Part shown: positions 52,646 through 64,000 of the stretch, in pieces
Position numbering within the stretch: position 1 is the stretch's first letter
Layout: every line of letters starts with the position of its first letter
DNA from: Malacoraja senta
Lineage: Eukaryota
Direction of reading: 5' to 3'
DNA: 64,000 bases
Assembly (NCBI GenBank): GCA_038087875.1
Contig: CM075985.1
Span: forward strand, 27,404,001-27,468,000
Position numbers and translations under genes: made by a program
The notes under the pieces: model-generated
Told to the model about the DNA's origin: nothing
The model's input: the letters and a program-made list of their open reading frames with translations, nothing else
Databases searched by the model: none

Positions 52646-53226
52646 GTAAGTGATAACTTCTCTCAATGTACACTCATGTTTTTTTTTTATCACAGCTGAG
52701 CTCATACACTCATGTTCCCATCCTTGCTTCAAGTTCCGCAATTTCATGATTCCATTTTAGAGTCTGTGGGTTCAGTCTTGATGGTCCTCTGATGCAGGAT
52801 AGAGATAGTGCAGCACTGACAATACTGTGCTATTCTGCTTGAGACTTTGAGCTGGGTTTGTGAGTGTGCTGTCGTGACTGCGGTTTATCTTGTGGCCAAT
52901 AGCAAAGAACAGAAAAATCTCTCCACTACCATGAATAATAACGATAATTACAACAACATTTCTCAGGAAATATTTTCAAGCTCTATAGTTTATACGATGA
53001 AGATATGAATAAGTAGTTTATGATGTTCCCTACATTTCAGCTGTGACCATATTTTAGTACAATTTCTTGCTGTAAGTCCTTTGCAAGATAGGAAGTAATT
53101 AAAGCAGTTTATCTCCACTTTACACAATCTCTTTTGAAATAGTCCAATTACCTGCATTTGTTGGTCATTCAAAATCTACGATTCAACATGGATGATTTAA
53201 TTGTCCATGAATTTGTTTCTCTTTAG

Positions 53227-53280
53227 AAGAAACATCTACAACAACTAGCACAACTGAGTCCACAACCACTTTCACAACTG
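53227..53280 (+). CDS. PTS micro-exon B, unit 3
   Basis: AG/GT, 54 nt. Confidence 0.8.
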
Positions 53281-53615
53281 GTGGGTGGTGATATTTTCAT
53301 TTGCAAATCTTTTTAACACAAGCTCCCCTATACATATACATATATCACATAATTCAAAACAAATGTAATGCTTTGGCAGACAAAAATGCTGGAGAAACTC
53401 AGCGGGTGCAGCAGCATCTATGGAGCGAAGGAAATAGGCAATGTTTCGTGCCGAAACGGGTCTGAAGAAGGGTTCGGCCTGAAACATTGCCTATTTCCTT
53501 CGCTCCATAGATGCTGCTGCACCCCCTGAGTTTCTCCAGCATTTTTGTATATCTTCGATTTTCCAGCATCTACAGTTTCTTCTTAAACAAATGTAATGCC
53601 TTTATTATTTTCCAG

Positions 53616-53666
53616 AAGAAACAACTCCCACAGTGACACCAAGCACCACCATCACCTACACAACAG
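53616..53666 (+). CDS. PTS micro-exon C, unit 3
   Basis: AG/GT, 51 nt. Confidence 0.83.
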
Positions 53667-53787
53667 GTGAGTGATCACCTCTGTCAGTAGGTTATTACCA
53701 GCCGTTACGTTCAGTCATTCAATTTCAACTTCCGCTTGCCCTCAGTTGAATCATTCTTCAAGTTGCATGTGATGCTTTCATTTGCAG

Positions 53788-53847
53788 AAAAAACAACAAC
53801 AACAACAGAGCCAACCACAAACAAGGCTACCACCCGCCCCACAACTG
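53788..53847 (+). CDS. PTS micro-exon D, unit 3, weakened donor (possibly skipped)
   Basis: 60 nt; donor is GTGTAA instead of GTGAGT. Confidence 0.45.
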
Positions 53848-54061
53848 GTGTAATGTCTTTTATCAATCATTTTAACACAAATATGCTCAAATACAGTATA
53901 TATTTGAATATAGTATGGATTGTATATTTGCAGTGATTATGTTGAAATATTATTCCACAACTTCTTTTAATTTGTGCAATATATGTTCATTTTGTTACTC
54001 CTCTCTCAAATGTGTAATTCTTCAAGTTGAATGTAAAGGCCGTGTATGTATGTGTTTACAG

Positions 54062-54118
54062 AAAAAACTACAACAACAGCGACAACAACAACAGAATCTA
54101 CCACCAGTCCCACAACTG
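54062..54118 (+). CDS. PTS micro-exon E, unit 3
   Basis: AG/GT, 57 nt. Confidence 0.83.
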
Positions 54119-56192
54119 GTGAGTGATAACTACTCTCAATGTAAACCCAGGGGTTTTTATATCACAGCTAAGCTCATAAACATCATTTTCAGTTGCACTC
54201 CTTTCCCCTCCTTTCTTCAATTTCACTTCCTCCATAACAGGTGAGTGATCGCCTCTGTCAGTATGTACTTACTGGCTGTTGGGTTTGGTTGTTCAATTAA
54301 AACTTCCACTCATCTTCAGTAAAAGTCTAATAATTTGACCTTTCCACTACTATTTCCAATAACAAGCATTGGTTTAAATATTGAATGAAGGGTCCTGAAA
54401 TTTATTTCTGCAGACAATTATTAGAATCCTCTTCTTTAAATGATGGCTACCATGATGATCAGCCAGCTTGAGTGAGATGGAGTAAAGCATCTCTCATGGG
54501 TAATTAACCTAGGTAATTCATAATAAAAGTGCAATGGTAGGCTTTTTAGTGATTGCCATAAATAAGTGGGTACACCATACTGAAATGCATTGAGGTCTTG
54601 CGAGGGAATGAAAACTGAGAATAAATCGTGCAGGACTATACTATTTTGTTGCTGCTGCATCTCCACTCGTGATGGTTCTGCAGAGAAGAAAATAATTTTT
54701 CCATGTCTAAATTGTTTTCACATTTCTCAATAATTTCTCAGCATTACACTTGAAAGTTCCAAGTGATCAACAGTATGTTAAATGCAGTTAACCCTCTTGC
54801 TCACAAAATGATGTTCTTTTGAAAGTAGAGTTTACTTGTGATGCAGATAAATCACCCAGCAAATTTTATTGAGGTCTTGCGAGGGAATGAAAACTGAGAA
54901 TAAATCGTATGGTTATAATTTTGAAGCCATTTGCTGAAATTATTTTACACAATCATTTATCGGGTTAATTTTCTACTGCCTCAGTTGTGCCATTCATCAA
55001 GTTGAATGGTCATGAATGCTTTTATTTACTTGAGAAATAATAACAGAGTCAACTATAACTGCGTTTACCACCAGTCACATAACTGGTGGGTGATGCCTTC
55101 ATTCAATATTAATTCATGGATATTTTAACGCAACTATCCTTTTAAGCACTGTAAGCTTGAACTTTATTGGCTTGCCACAATCGTTTCAATTTCAGCGCAG
55201 TAGAGTTCTATCCTTCTCCAGAACCTTAAGGGTTCACTCGAGGTTGGTGATATGATACAGAACAGATCAAAGATATCTCCTTCGTTAACATTCGGAATTA
55301 TTTCTGTATCGAGCACCAAAGATACCTTTTCAGATCATTTACCTTTAACAAATTTTTTTTAATTGAAATTATTTAAGGTTTTAATTTGCAAGAGAAAGTT
55401 TTGATGAGACTTCATAACCAGAGGTTTTAAAGTTCAAGTTTACATTTATTGTCACATGCGCCAATTGGTACAGTGAAATTTGGGTTGCCATACAGCCATA
55501 TGAATAAAAAAGGAACACAACACACGATAGAATTTAACATAGACATCCCCACACAGCAGAATCAACATTTCCCACTGTGAGGGAAGGCAATAAAGTTGAG
55601 CCATCTTCCTCTTTGTTCACCCGTGGTTGGGGCCCCCGATGTTCAGGCCCTACCGGAGACCGCGGCTCCCGAAGTCCACAGGCCGTGCTGGGCGGAGATT
55701 CCCACTGGCGCCCTCGGCAAAGGGACCACCAGGCCTCCGCGATGTTGTTCAGCACCGCCCACGGCTAGAAGCTCCGCAACCACAAATCTACGATGTTAAA
55801 ACAGCAGGTCCAACACTCCAGAGCTTCAACAAACGATCCCCAGTAAGGCACAGCCCGCTCCGCGGTGTTAATTCAGTGCTGCGTCGCTGTTGCAGCTCTG
55901 GTCGGCTGCCGGCAGGAAAGGCCATGCCAATCCAGTTGGTAGGCCGCGAGGAGGGGGCAAAGATGCGACTCGGAGAATAGTCGCATCCTCAACAGGAAGA
56001 GACTGAGAAACGGTTTCCCCCTTTACCCTGCTCCCTTCTCCCACATAATAAGACGAAGAAAACCTCCAAAACATACTTTTAAACAGACAAAAAATAACAT
56101 AAAGATGAAAAAAAACATACAGACTTCAAATTGCGCCCCATTAATTCTCATAATTAATATATACTACAGTAAATATGTTTGTTATTTTCCAG

Positions 56193-56237
56193 AAGAAACA
56201 TCAACTGTGACATCAACCAGCATTTCTTCCACAACAG
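56193..56237 (+). CDS. PTS micro-exon H, unit 3
   Basis: AG/GT, 45 nt. Confidence 0.78.
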
Positions 56238-57720
56238 GTAACTGTTGGCTTTTTCAAAATATATTTAATTTGCAACCTCAACTGATCACAATGAAAATCC
56301 ATTTGTTTTCTTCTCTATCATCATCATCATCATCGTTGAAAACATCAACGTGCACGATGCCTTACAATGCTATGTACGACAGTGATCGCAACTTCTACGT
56401 GTGGATGGCCGTTGGCTCGCTAGGAGCTCATCTGCCCTTTGACAGGTCTTGTTTTTGGTCCTGCAGAGGGTTCACTGCCCACTCCTCACCTGGCAAATCA
56501 GGTGGGGGAGACGGTTTAGTCGCCGACTATCCGTCCATGGAGCAGGTAGCATGGGATTTCATGGTACCCGTGGCGGGGGGGGTAAACCCCCCTATCTTCT
56601 CTGCCATTTTGATATATTAGACCCTGTTCCCTGTTCCCTGTTCCCCATTTTTACTTTCATAAGTAAAATGTTCGGTCGCTCACAATGGCAGCTACTTTTA
56701 ACATCATGTGGGAATTTGAACTCACTTCTTTATAAGAATATGATAGGTAACTTCTTTATTTGGGCATGCGAGGAGGCTGTTTGGCCCATTGGGTCCTTTT
56801 CAACTTCCAACAGTACAATGTCATGTCCCCTGCTTATTTCCCTGTAACTCTACAACATATTCTCTCCCACATCTACTCTCCTTTGATTCTTTTGGTATTG
56901 GTCTATACAAAGGGATAATTTACAATAGCCAATTAATCTACCAGTATGTCTCTGGGTGACAGGAGGAACCCAAGGAAGTCAATATAAGTTCCATACAAAC
57001 AGCACCTAATATCAGGATTGAACTTGGATCTCTCAAGCGTTCAGGCAAAGGCGAGGCACAGCCTTCCACAGCTTATTGAGAGTGGTCTTCTTTTCATTAT
57101 AATCTCTTTCCTGCTTTAACTCTTGGTTCTGTTTAATGAATTGACAGCAAACGTGTTCCTTTATCATATAATATCCTGGAGCAGCTACCTTTTTGCCATT
57201 TCCCTCTTGCCCACCAATTAATCTCTTCTGCATATATGGTATATCTTTTTACCATATATAGTACGTAGCATGTTTAAAGGTGATATGGTGATTCAGAGCA
57301 ACTACTCCAATAATGTTCTTCAATAGCACGCTGAGACCTGCCCATCAAAGTGGAAAGAATATCCAGCTGTTAAAATCATGCAATAGTTAGTGCACAGCTG
57401 CAGTCAGCTGCCTGATAAGTGACATCTCATGTTTGTGCTTTATGCTTTTTCCCCATTGTTCTGTTCTGCGCTGGCAATTGCTGTTTCCCTATCTGATACT
57501 TGAGGTTGTATATTAATTCAGATCAATCAACAGTTCCCCAAACATATTGTTATTATTCCCGTTTTACTGTTCCCATTTTCATTTAAACTGTAATTTGGAA
57601 GATTCATTTTGATGCACAACCATGTTTCTCAAATCTTGTTTTTTATATTTATGTTTAGATTTTCCACTTTGTATTGTTTTATACAAGTTTGCCTTATGTT
57701 TTCTTTCTTTTCCATTACAG

Positions 57721-58068
57721 TGCCAGTCTGTTCAGGTGTATGGTCCCATTGGCAGAATAAACATAAACCATCATCTTCATCTCCGGATGATTATGAATTG
57801 TTGAAAACATATGGCCCTACAATTTGCCCATCTTCTTCCGATGAAATTACTAATATTCAGTGCCAATTTGCCGACCATCCTCAATGGCCACTAAGTGTAT
57901 CGCCAGATCCTGTGATCTGCAATATAGACATAGGATTGATCTGCAAGTTCTCTGGATATCCTTATGGCCACTTTTGTAGTGACTACAGAATTAGAGTTTG
58001 CTGTGAGCCAACTGAGCCTACAACTGTCCCCACGACTACAACTGAGTTTACAACCAGTCCCACAACTG
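57721..58068 (+). CDS. CysD exon, unit 4 (type B, WSHW)
   Basis: tacag / gtgagt, 348 nt. Confidence 0.92.
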
Positions 58069-58320
58069 GTGAGTACTTGTGAATGGTCATTTTAAAGGAA
58101 GGACAACAATGTCCAAAGTATGTCCAGCTTGTGCTGGAATTGAACCACATGCAAATGTTACTGCTGAATGTCGCGATGATTATAAATTTGCAGTGGCTTT
58201 TGTTCAAGTTATTCCACAACTTCTTTTAATTTATGTAATATATGCTGATTTTGTTACTACTCTCTCAAATGTGCCTTTCTTCAAGTTGAATATAAAGGAC
58301 ATGTATGCATTTGTTTACAG

Positions 58321-58383
58321 AAGAAACAACAACAACAACAACAGCCACGACCACAACAGAATCTATCACCAGTCCTACAACTG
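58321..58383 (+). CDS. PTS micro-exon A, unit 4
   Basis: AG/GT, 63 nt. Confidence 0.84.
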
Positions 58384-58661
58384 GTAAGTGATAACCTCTC
58401 TCAATGTACACTCATGTGGGTTTTTTTTTATCACAGCTGAGCTCATACACTCATGTTCCCATCCTTGCTTCAAGTTTTGCAATTTCATGATCCCATTTCA
58501 GAGTCTATGTGTTCAGTCTCGATGGTCCTCTGATACAGGATAGTGATAGTGCAGCACTGACAAATACTGTGCTATTCTGCAAATCTTTTTACAAAAGCTC
58601 CCCATTACACATACATATTATTTTTATTCAAAACAAATGTAATGCCTTTATTATTTTCCAG

Positions 58662-58702
58662 AAGAAACAACTCCCACGTTGCCAACAAGCACCACCATAT
58701 GA
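58662..58702 (+). pseudogene. Broken type C exon: acceptor intact, 3' end deleted, runs into TGA
   Basis: EETTPTLPTSTTI-stop fused to downstream intron sequence. Confidence 0.7.
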
Positions 58703-59571
58703 CACAGAACAGATCAAAGATATCTCCTTCGTTAACATTCAGAATTATTTCTGTGTCAAGCACCAAAGATATCTTTTCAGATCATTTACCTTTGTTAACA
58801 AATTTAAAAAATTGAAATTATTTAAGGTTATAAGTTGCAAGAGAAGGTTTTGATGAGATTTCATAACCAGAAGTTTTGTAAATGTTATCATACAACTGAA
58901 ATCTGAGACACCATATTGGAGAGAGTTTAAAGACCAAATGTAATATACAAAACCAGCTGATTATCTGAAACAGTTAAATTTACTCTTAGGTCCTAAAGCC
59001 ATAGGCGTAGTTGGAAGATGAGGCACTGTCACTTACACTGAGTACTAAACTTTATTGGAACTGTGTTGGAGATACAAAGTGGAAATGTAGGGAACATTTA
59101 AATGACAGACACTTTAATTCTCATAATTAATATATACTACAGTAAATCTGTTTTGGTCTCCACTCTGCTGTGGACCTTCCCTTCCCTTTTCTTGTATACT
59201 CACTGCCTTTCCTGATTATTGTTTAGATTTTATTTGTTGCTTTGCAGTAACACTTTTTCCAGACATACCCCTTGTTCTTTCTTCTCCTTTGCTTCCATCT
59301 TTCAGTCACCATTTGGGTCACTCAATCTCTCCTGATCTCCAGCCCGTCACATCATCCCCTATTTTTCTGCACCGTAAATATTTTTTAATTCTAAATTTTC
59401 CAGTACTTATAAAATAGAATCAGTCTCAAATGTTAATTCTTAACAGATGCTGCTTGACCTACCAAGTACTTCCAGTCATTTCTGCTTTCATTTTTCTTGT
59501 GTCTGAAATCTGCTTGAGTGGTATAAGAATTGAGTTGACTTTGTGATTTGAATTTGTTTGTTATTTTCCAG

Positions 59572-59616
59572 AAGAAACATCAACTGTGACATCAACCAGC
59601 ATTCCTTCCACAACAG
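59572..59616 (+). CDS. PTS micro-exon H, unit 4
   Basis: tccag / gtaagt, 45 nt. Confidence 0.82.
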
Positions 59617-60484
59617 GTAAGTGTTGGCTTTTTCAATACATATTTATTTTGCAACCTCAACTGATCACAATGAAAATCCATTTGTTTTCTTCTCTATCTT
59701 CATCATCATCATCGTTGAAAACATCAATGTGCACGGTGCCTTACAATGCTATGTACGACAGTGATCGTAACTTCTCCTGAAGTGTGGATGGCCGTTGGCT
59801 CGCTAGGAGCTCTTCCGCCCTTTGACAGGTCTTGTTTTTGGTCCTGCAGGGGTTCACAGCCCCCTCCTCACCTGGCAAATCAGGTGGGGGAGACGGTTTA
59901 GTCTCCGACTGTCCGACCATGGAGCAGGTAGCACGGGATTACATGGTACCCGTGGCGGGGGGAACTCCCCCCGATTTTCTCTACCTTTTTTGTATATTAG
60001 ACCCTGTTCCCTGTTCCCCATTTTGATTTTGATAAGTAAAATCTTTACACAATCTCTTTTGAAATAGTCCAATTACCGTCTGCATTTGTTGGTCATTCAA
60101 AATCTACGATTCAACATGGATGATTTAATTGTCCATGAATCATGCAATAGTTAGTGCACAGCTGCAGTCAGCTGCCTGATAAGTGACATCTCATGTTTGT
60201 GCTTTATGCTTTTTCCCCATTGTTCTGTTCTGCACTGGCAATTGCTGTTTCCCTATCTGATACTTGAGGTTGTATCTTAATTCAGATCAATCAACAGTTC
60301 CCCAAACATATTGTTATTATTCCCATTTTACTGTTCCCATTTTCATTTAAACTGTAATTTGGAAGATTCATTTTGATGCACAACCATGTTTCTAAAATCT
60401 TGTTTTTTACAGTTATGTTTATATTTTCCACTTTGTATTGTTTTATACAAGTTTGCCTTATGTTTTCTTTCTTTTCCATTACAG

Positions 60485-60832
60485 TGCCAGTCTGTTCAGG
60501 TGTATGGTCTCATTGGCATAATAAACATAAACCATCATCTTCATCTCCAGATGATTATGAATTGTTGAAAACATATGGCCCTACAATTTGCCCATCTTCT
60601 ACCGATGAAATTACTAATATTCAGTGCCAATTTGCCGACCATCCTCAATGGCCACTAAGTGTATCGCCAGATCTTGTGATCTGCAATAAAGACATAGGAT
60701 TGATCTGCGAGTTCTCTGGATATCCTTTTGGCCACTTTTGTAGTGACTACAGAATTAGAGTTTGCTGTGAGCCAACTGAGACTACAACTGTCCCCACGAC
60801 TACAACTGAGTCTACAACCAGTCCCACAACTG
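60485..60832 (+). CDS. CysD exon, unit 5 (type B)
   Basis: tacag / gtgagt, 348 nt. Confidence 0.92.
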
Positions 60833-61084
60833 GTGAGTACTTGTGAACGGTCATTTTAAAGGAAGGACAACAATGTCCAAAGTATGTCCAGCTTGTGCTG
60901 GAATTGAACCACATGCAAATGTTACTGCTCAATGTCGCGATGATTATAAATTTGCAGTGGCTTTTGTTCAAGTTATTCCACAACTTCTTTTAATTTATGT
61001 AATATATGCTGATTTTGTTACTACTCTCTCAAATGTGCCTTTCTTCAAGTTGAATATAAAGGACATGTATGCATTTGTTTACAG

Positions 61085-61153
61085 AAGAAACAACAACAAC
61101 AACAACAACAACAGCCACGACCACAACAGAATCTACCACCAGTCCTACAACTG
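61085..61153 (+). CDS. PTS micro-exon A, unit 5
   Basis: AG/GT, 69 nt. Confidence 0.84.
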
Positions 61154-61731
61154 GTAAGTGATAACCTCTCTCAATGTACACTCATGTGGGGGTTTTTTAA
61201 TCACAGCTGAGCTCATACACTCATGTTCCCATCCTTGCTTCAAGTTTTGCAATTTCATGATCCCATTTCAGAGTCTATGTGTTCAGTCTCGATGGTCCTC
61301 TGATACAGGATAGTGATAGTGCAGCACTGACAAATACTGTGCTATTCTGCTTGAGATTTTGAGCTGGGTTAGTGAGTGTGCTGTCGTGACTGCAGATTAT
61401 CTTGTGCCCAATGGCACCGAACAGAAAAATCTCTCCACTACCATGAATAATAACGATAATTACAACAAAATTTCTCAGAAAATATTTTTAAGCTTTATAG
61501 TTTATACGGTGAAGATATGAATAAGTAGGTTATTCATTTCAGCTGTGACCATAATTTAGTACAATTTCTGGCTGTAAATCCTTTGCAAGATAGGAAGTAA
61601 TTAAAGGAGTTTATCTCCACTTTACACAATCTCTTTTGAAATAGTCCAATTACCGTCTGCATTTGTTGGTCGTTCAAAATCTACGATTCAACATGGATGA
61701 TTTAATTGTCCATGAATTTGTTTCTCTTTAG

Positions 61732-61785
61732 AAGAAACATCTACAACAACCAGCACAACTGAGTCCACTACCACTTCCACAACTG
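61732..61785 (+). CDS. PTS micro-exon B, unit 5
   Basis: AG/GT, 54 nt. Confidence 0.8.
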
Positions 61786-61890
61786 GTGGGTGGTGATATT
61801 TTCATTTGCAAATCTTTTTACAAAAGCTCCCCTATACACATACATATTATTTTTATTCAAAACAAATGTAATGCCTTTATTATTTTCCAG

Positions 61891-61941
61891 AAGAAACAAC
61901 TCCCACGTTGCCAACAAGCACCACCACCACCTACACAACAG
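61891..61941 (+). CDS. PTS micro-exon C, unit 5
   Basis: AG/GT, 51 nt. Confidence 0.83.
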
Positions 61942-62062
61942 GTGAGTGATCACCTCTGTCAGTAGGTTATTACCAGCCTTTACGTTCAGTCATTCAATTT
62001 CAACTTCCGCTTGCCATCAGTTGAATCATTCTTCAAGTTGCATGTGATGCCTTTATTTGCAG

Positions 62063-62116
62063 AAAAAACAACAACAGAGCCAACCACAACCACGTCTACC
62101 ACCAGCCCCACAACTG
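62063..62116 (+). CDS. PTS micro-exon D, unit 5
   Basis: AG/GT, 54 nt. Confidence 0.83.
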
Positions 62117-62513
62117 GTGAGTAATGCCTTTTATCAGTCATTTTAACGCAAATATGCTCAAATACAGTACCACTCGCAGGTTGTGACAATGTTGATCACT
62201 CTTGCCATGTGCAACACAATTTTACCTCAGCATCTCATGGGATGTTATCGAATTTCAAAGTCTTGAGATTCAAACTAGAATGGTGCTTTAATGCAATGCA
62301 AAGGAATGACAGTAATGCCCAAAGTATGTGCTGGTGGAAACACATACAAATATTACTGCTGAATGTAGTTTGGATTGTATATTTACTGTAATTATGTTGA
62401 AATATTATTGCACAACTTTTAATTTGTGTAATATATGTTCATTTTGTTACTACTCTCTCAAATGTGTAATTCTTCAAGTTGAATGTAAAGGCTGTGTATG
62501 TATGTGTTTACAG

Positions 62514-62570
62514 AAAAAACGACAACAACAGCGACAACAACAACAGAATCTACCACCAGTCCCACAACTG
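62514..62570 (+). CDS. PTS micro-exon E, unit 5
   Basis: AG/GT, 57 nt. Confidence 0.83.
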
Positions 62571-64000
62571 GTGAGTGATAACTACTCTCAATGTAAACCC
62601 AGGGGTTTTTATATCACAGCTAAGCTCATAAACATCATTTTCAGTTGCACTCCTTTCCCCTCCTTTCTTCAATTTCACTTCATCCATAACAGGTGAGTGA
62701 TCGCCTCTGTCAGTATGTACTTACTGGCTGTTGGGTTTGGTTGTTCAATTAAAACTTCCACTCATCTTCAGTAAAAGTCTAATAATTTCCAATAACAAGC
62801 ATTGGTCTAAATATTGAATGAAGGGTCCTGAAATTTATTTCTGCAGACAATTATTAGAATCCTCTTCTTTAAATGATGGCTACCATGATGATCAGCCAGC
62901 TTGAGTGAGATGGAGTAAAGCATCTCTCATGGGTAATTAACCTAGGTAATTCATAATAAAAGTGCAATGGTAGGCTTTTTAGTGATTGCCATAAATAAGT
63001 GGGTACACCATACTGAAATGCATTGAGGTCTTGCGAGGGAATGAAAACTGAGAATAAATCGTGCAGGACTATACTATTTTGTTGCTGCTGCATCTCCACT
63101 CGTGATGGTTCTGCAGAGAAGAAAATAATGTTTCCATGTCTAAATTGTTTTCACATTTCTCAATAATTTCTCAGCATTACACTTGAAAGTTCCAAGTGAT
63201 CAACAGTATGTTAAATGCAGTTAACCCTCTTGCTCACAAAATGATGTTCTTTTGAAAGTAGAGTTTACTTGTGATGCAGATAAATCACCCAGCAAATTTT
63301 ATTGAGGTCTTGCGAGGGAATGAAAACTGAGAATAAATCGTATGGTTATAATTTTGAAGCCATTTGCTGAAATTATTTTACACAATCATTTATCGGGTTA
63401 ATTTTCTACTGCCTCAGTTGTGCCATTCATCAAGTTGAATGGTCATGAATGCTTTTACTTACTTGAGAAATAATAACAGAGTCAACTATAACTGCGTTTA
63501 CCACCAGTCACATAACTGGTGGGTGATGCCTTCATTCAATATTAATTCATGGATATTTTAACGCAACTATCCTTTTAAGCACTGTAAGCTTGAACTTTAT
63601 TGGCTTGCCACAATCGTTTCAATTTCAGCGCAGTAGAGTTCTATCCTTCTCCAGAACCTTAAGGGTTCACTCGAGGTTGGTGATATGATACAGAACAGAT
63701 CAAAGATATCTCCTTCGTTAACATTCGGAATTATTTCTGTATCGAGCACCAAAGATACCTTTTCAGATCATTTACCTTTAACAAATTTTTTTTAATTGAA
63801 ATTATTTAAGGTTTTAATTTGCAAGAGAAAGTTTTGATGAGACTTCATAACCAGAGGTTTTAAAGTTCAAGTTTACATTTATTGTCACATGCGCCAATTG
63901 GTACAGTGAAATTTGGGTTGCCATACAGCCATATGAATAAAAAAGGAACACAACACACGATAGAATTTAACATAGACATCCCCACACAGCAGAATCAAGC

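Larger units (their letters stand above)
4148..63518 (+). other. Partial gel-forming mucin gene (VWD-C8-TIL D assemblies, then CysD and PTS); D3 is MUC19-like; 5' and 3' ends outside window
   Basis: Continuous reading frame through hand-traced exons with compatible phases; VWD motifs TFDG and (C)GLCG; C8 and TIL cysteine spacing; WxxW CysD; Thr-rich exons. Confidence 0.93.
35410..64000 (+). repeat. Intragenic tandem array; units start at about 35410, 42455, 49500, 56348 and 59727 (7045, 7045, ~6850, ~3380 bp, then partial)
   Basis: Identical ORFs and sequence recur at +7045; later units carry deletions and more divergence; a partial related copy lies at ~32100-34920. Confidence 0.97.

Noticed and set aside
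32339-62570. CRISPR-like or recombination-signal cassette array
   Set aside because: Eukaryotic DNA; the repeats are spliceosomal exons with AG/GT ends, and I saw no cas genes or heptamer-nonamer signals
4148-63518. Assigning a firm symbol (MUC2, MUC5AC, MUC19 or VWF)
   Set aside because: VWF is excluded because PTS follows D3 instead of A domains; mucin orthology needs phylogeny and synteny that I cannot run

Overview
AT-rich vertebrate genomic DNA. The V-SINE, CR1 and Penelope-hairpin repeats suggest a cartilaginous fish such as a skate or ray (inference). The whole window lies inside one + strand gene for a large secreted gel-forming mucin, which starts upstream and continues past 64000. 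I traced 22 phase-compatible GT-AG exons by hand (4148-28009). They encode the end of D1 (C8-TIL-E), D2, D' and D3, and the D3 motifs look MUC19/submaxillary-mucin-like. From 29913 onward the Thr-rich PTS region is not one giant exon. It is built from about 32 symmetrical phase 1-1 micro-exons of 45-93 nt plus five CysD (WxxW) exons. These are amplified with their introns and transposons as ~7-kb tandem units: three near-identical copies at 35410-56347, then two rearranged, more diverged copies. Main points: MUC19-type D3 combined with CysD domains, strongly non-synonymous divergence between CysD copies, visible birth and death of PTS exons, and Penelope-type hairpins with minimal hammerhead cores. 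Almost all ORF-track entries are exon read-throughs, LINE fragments or noise.
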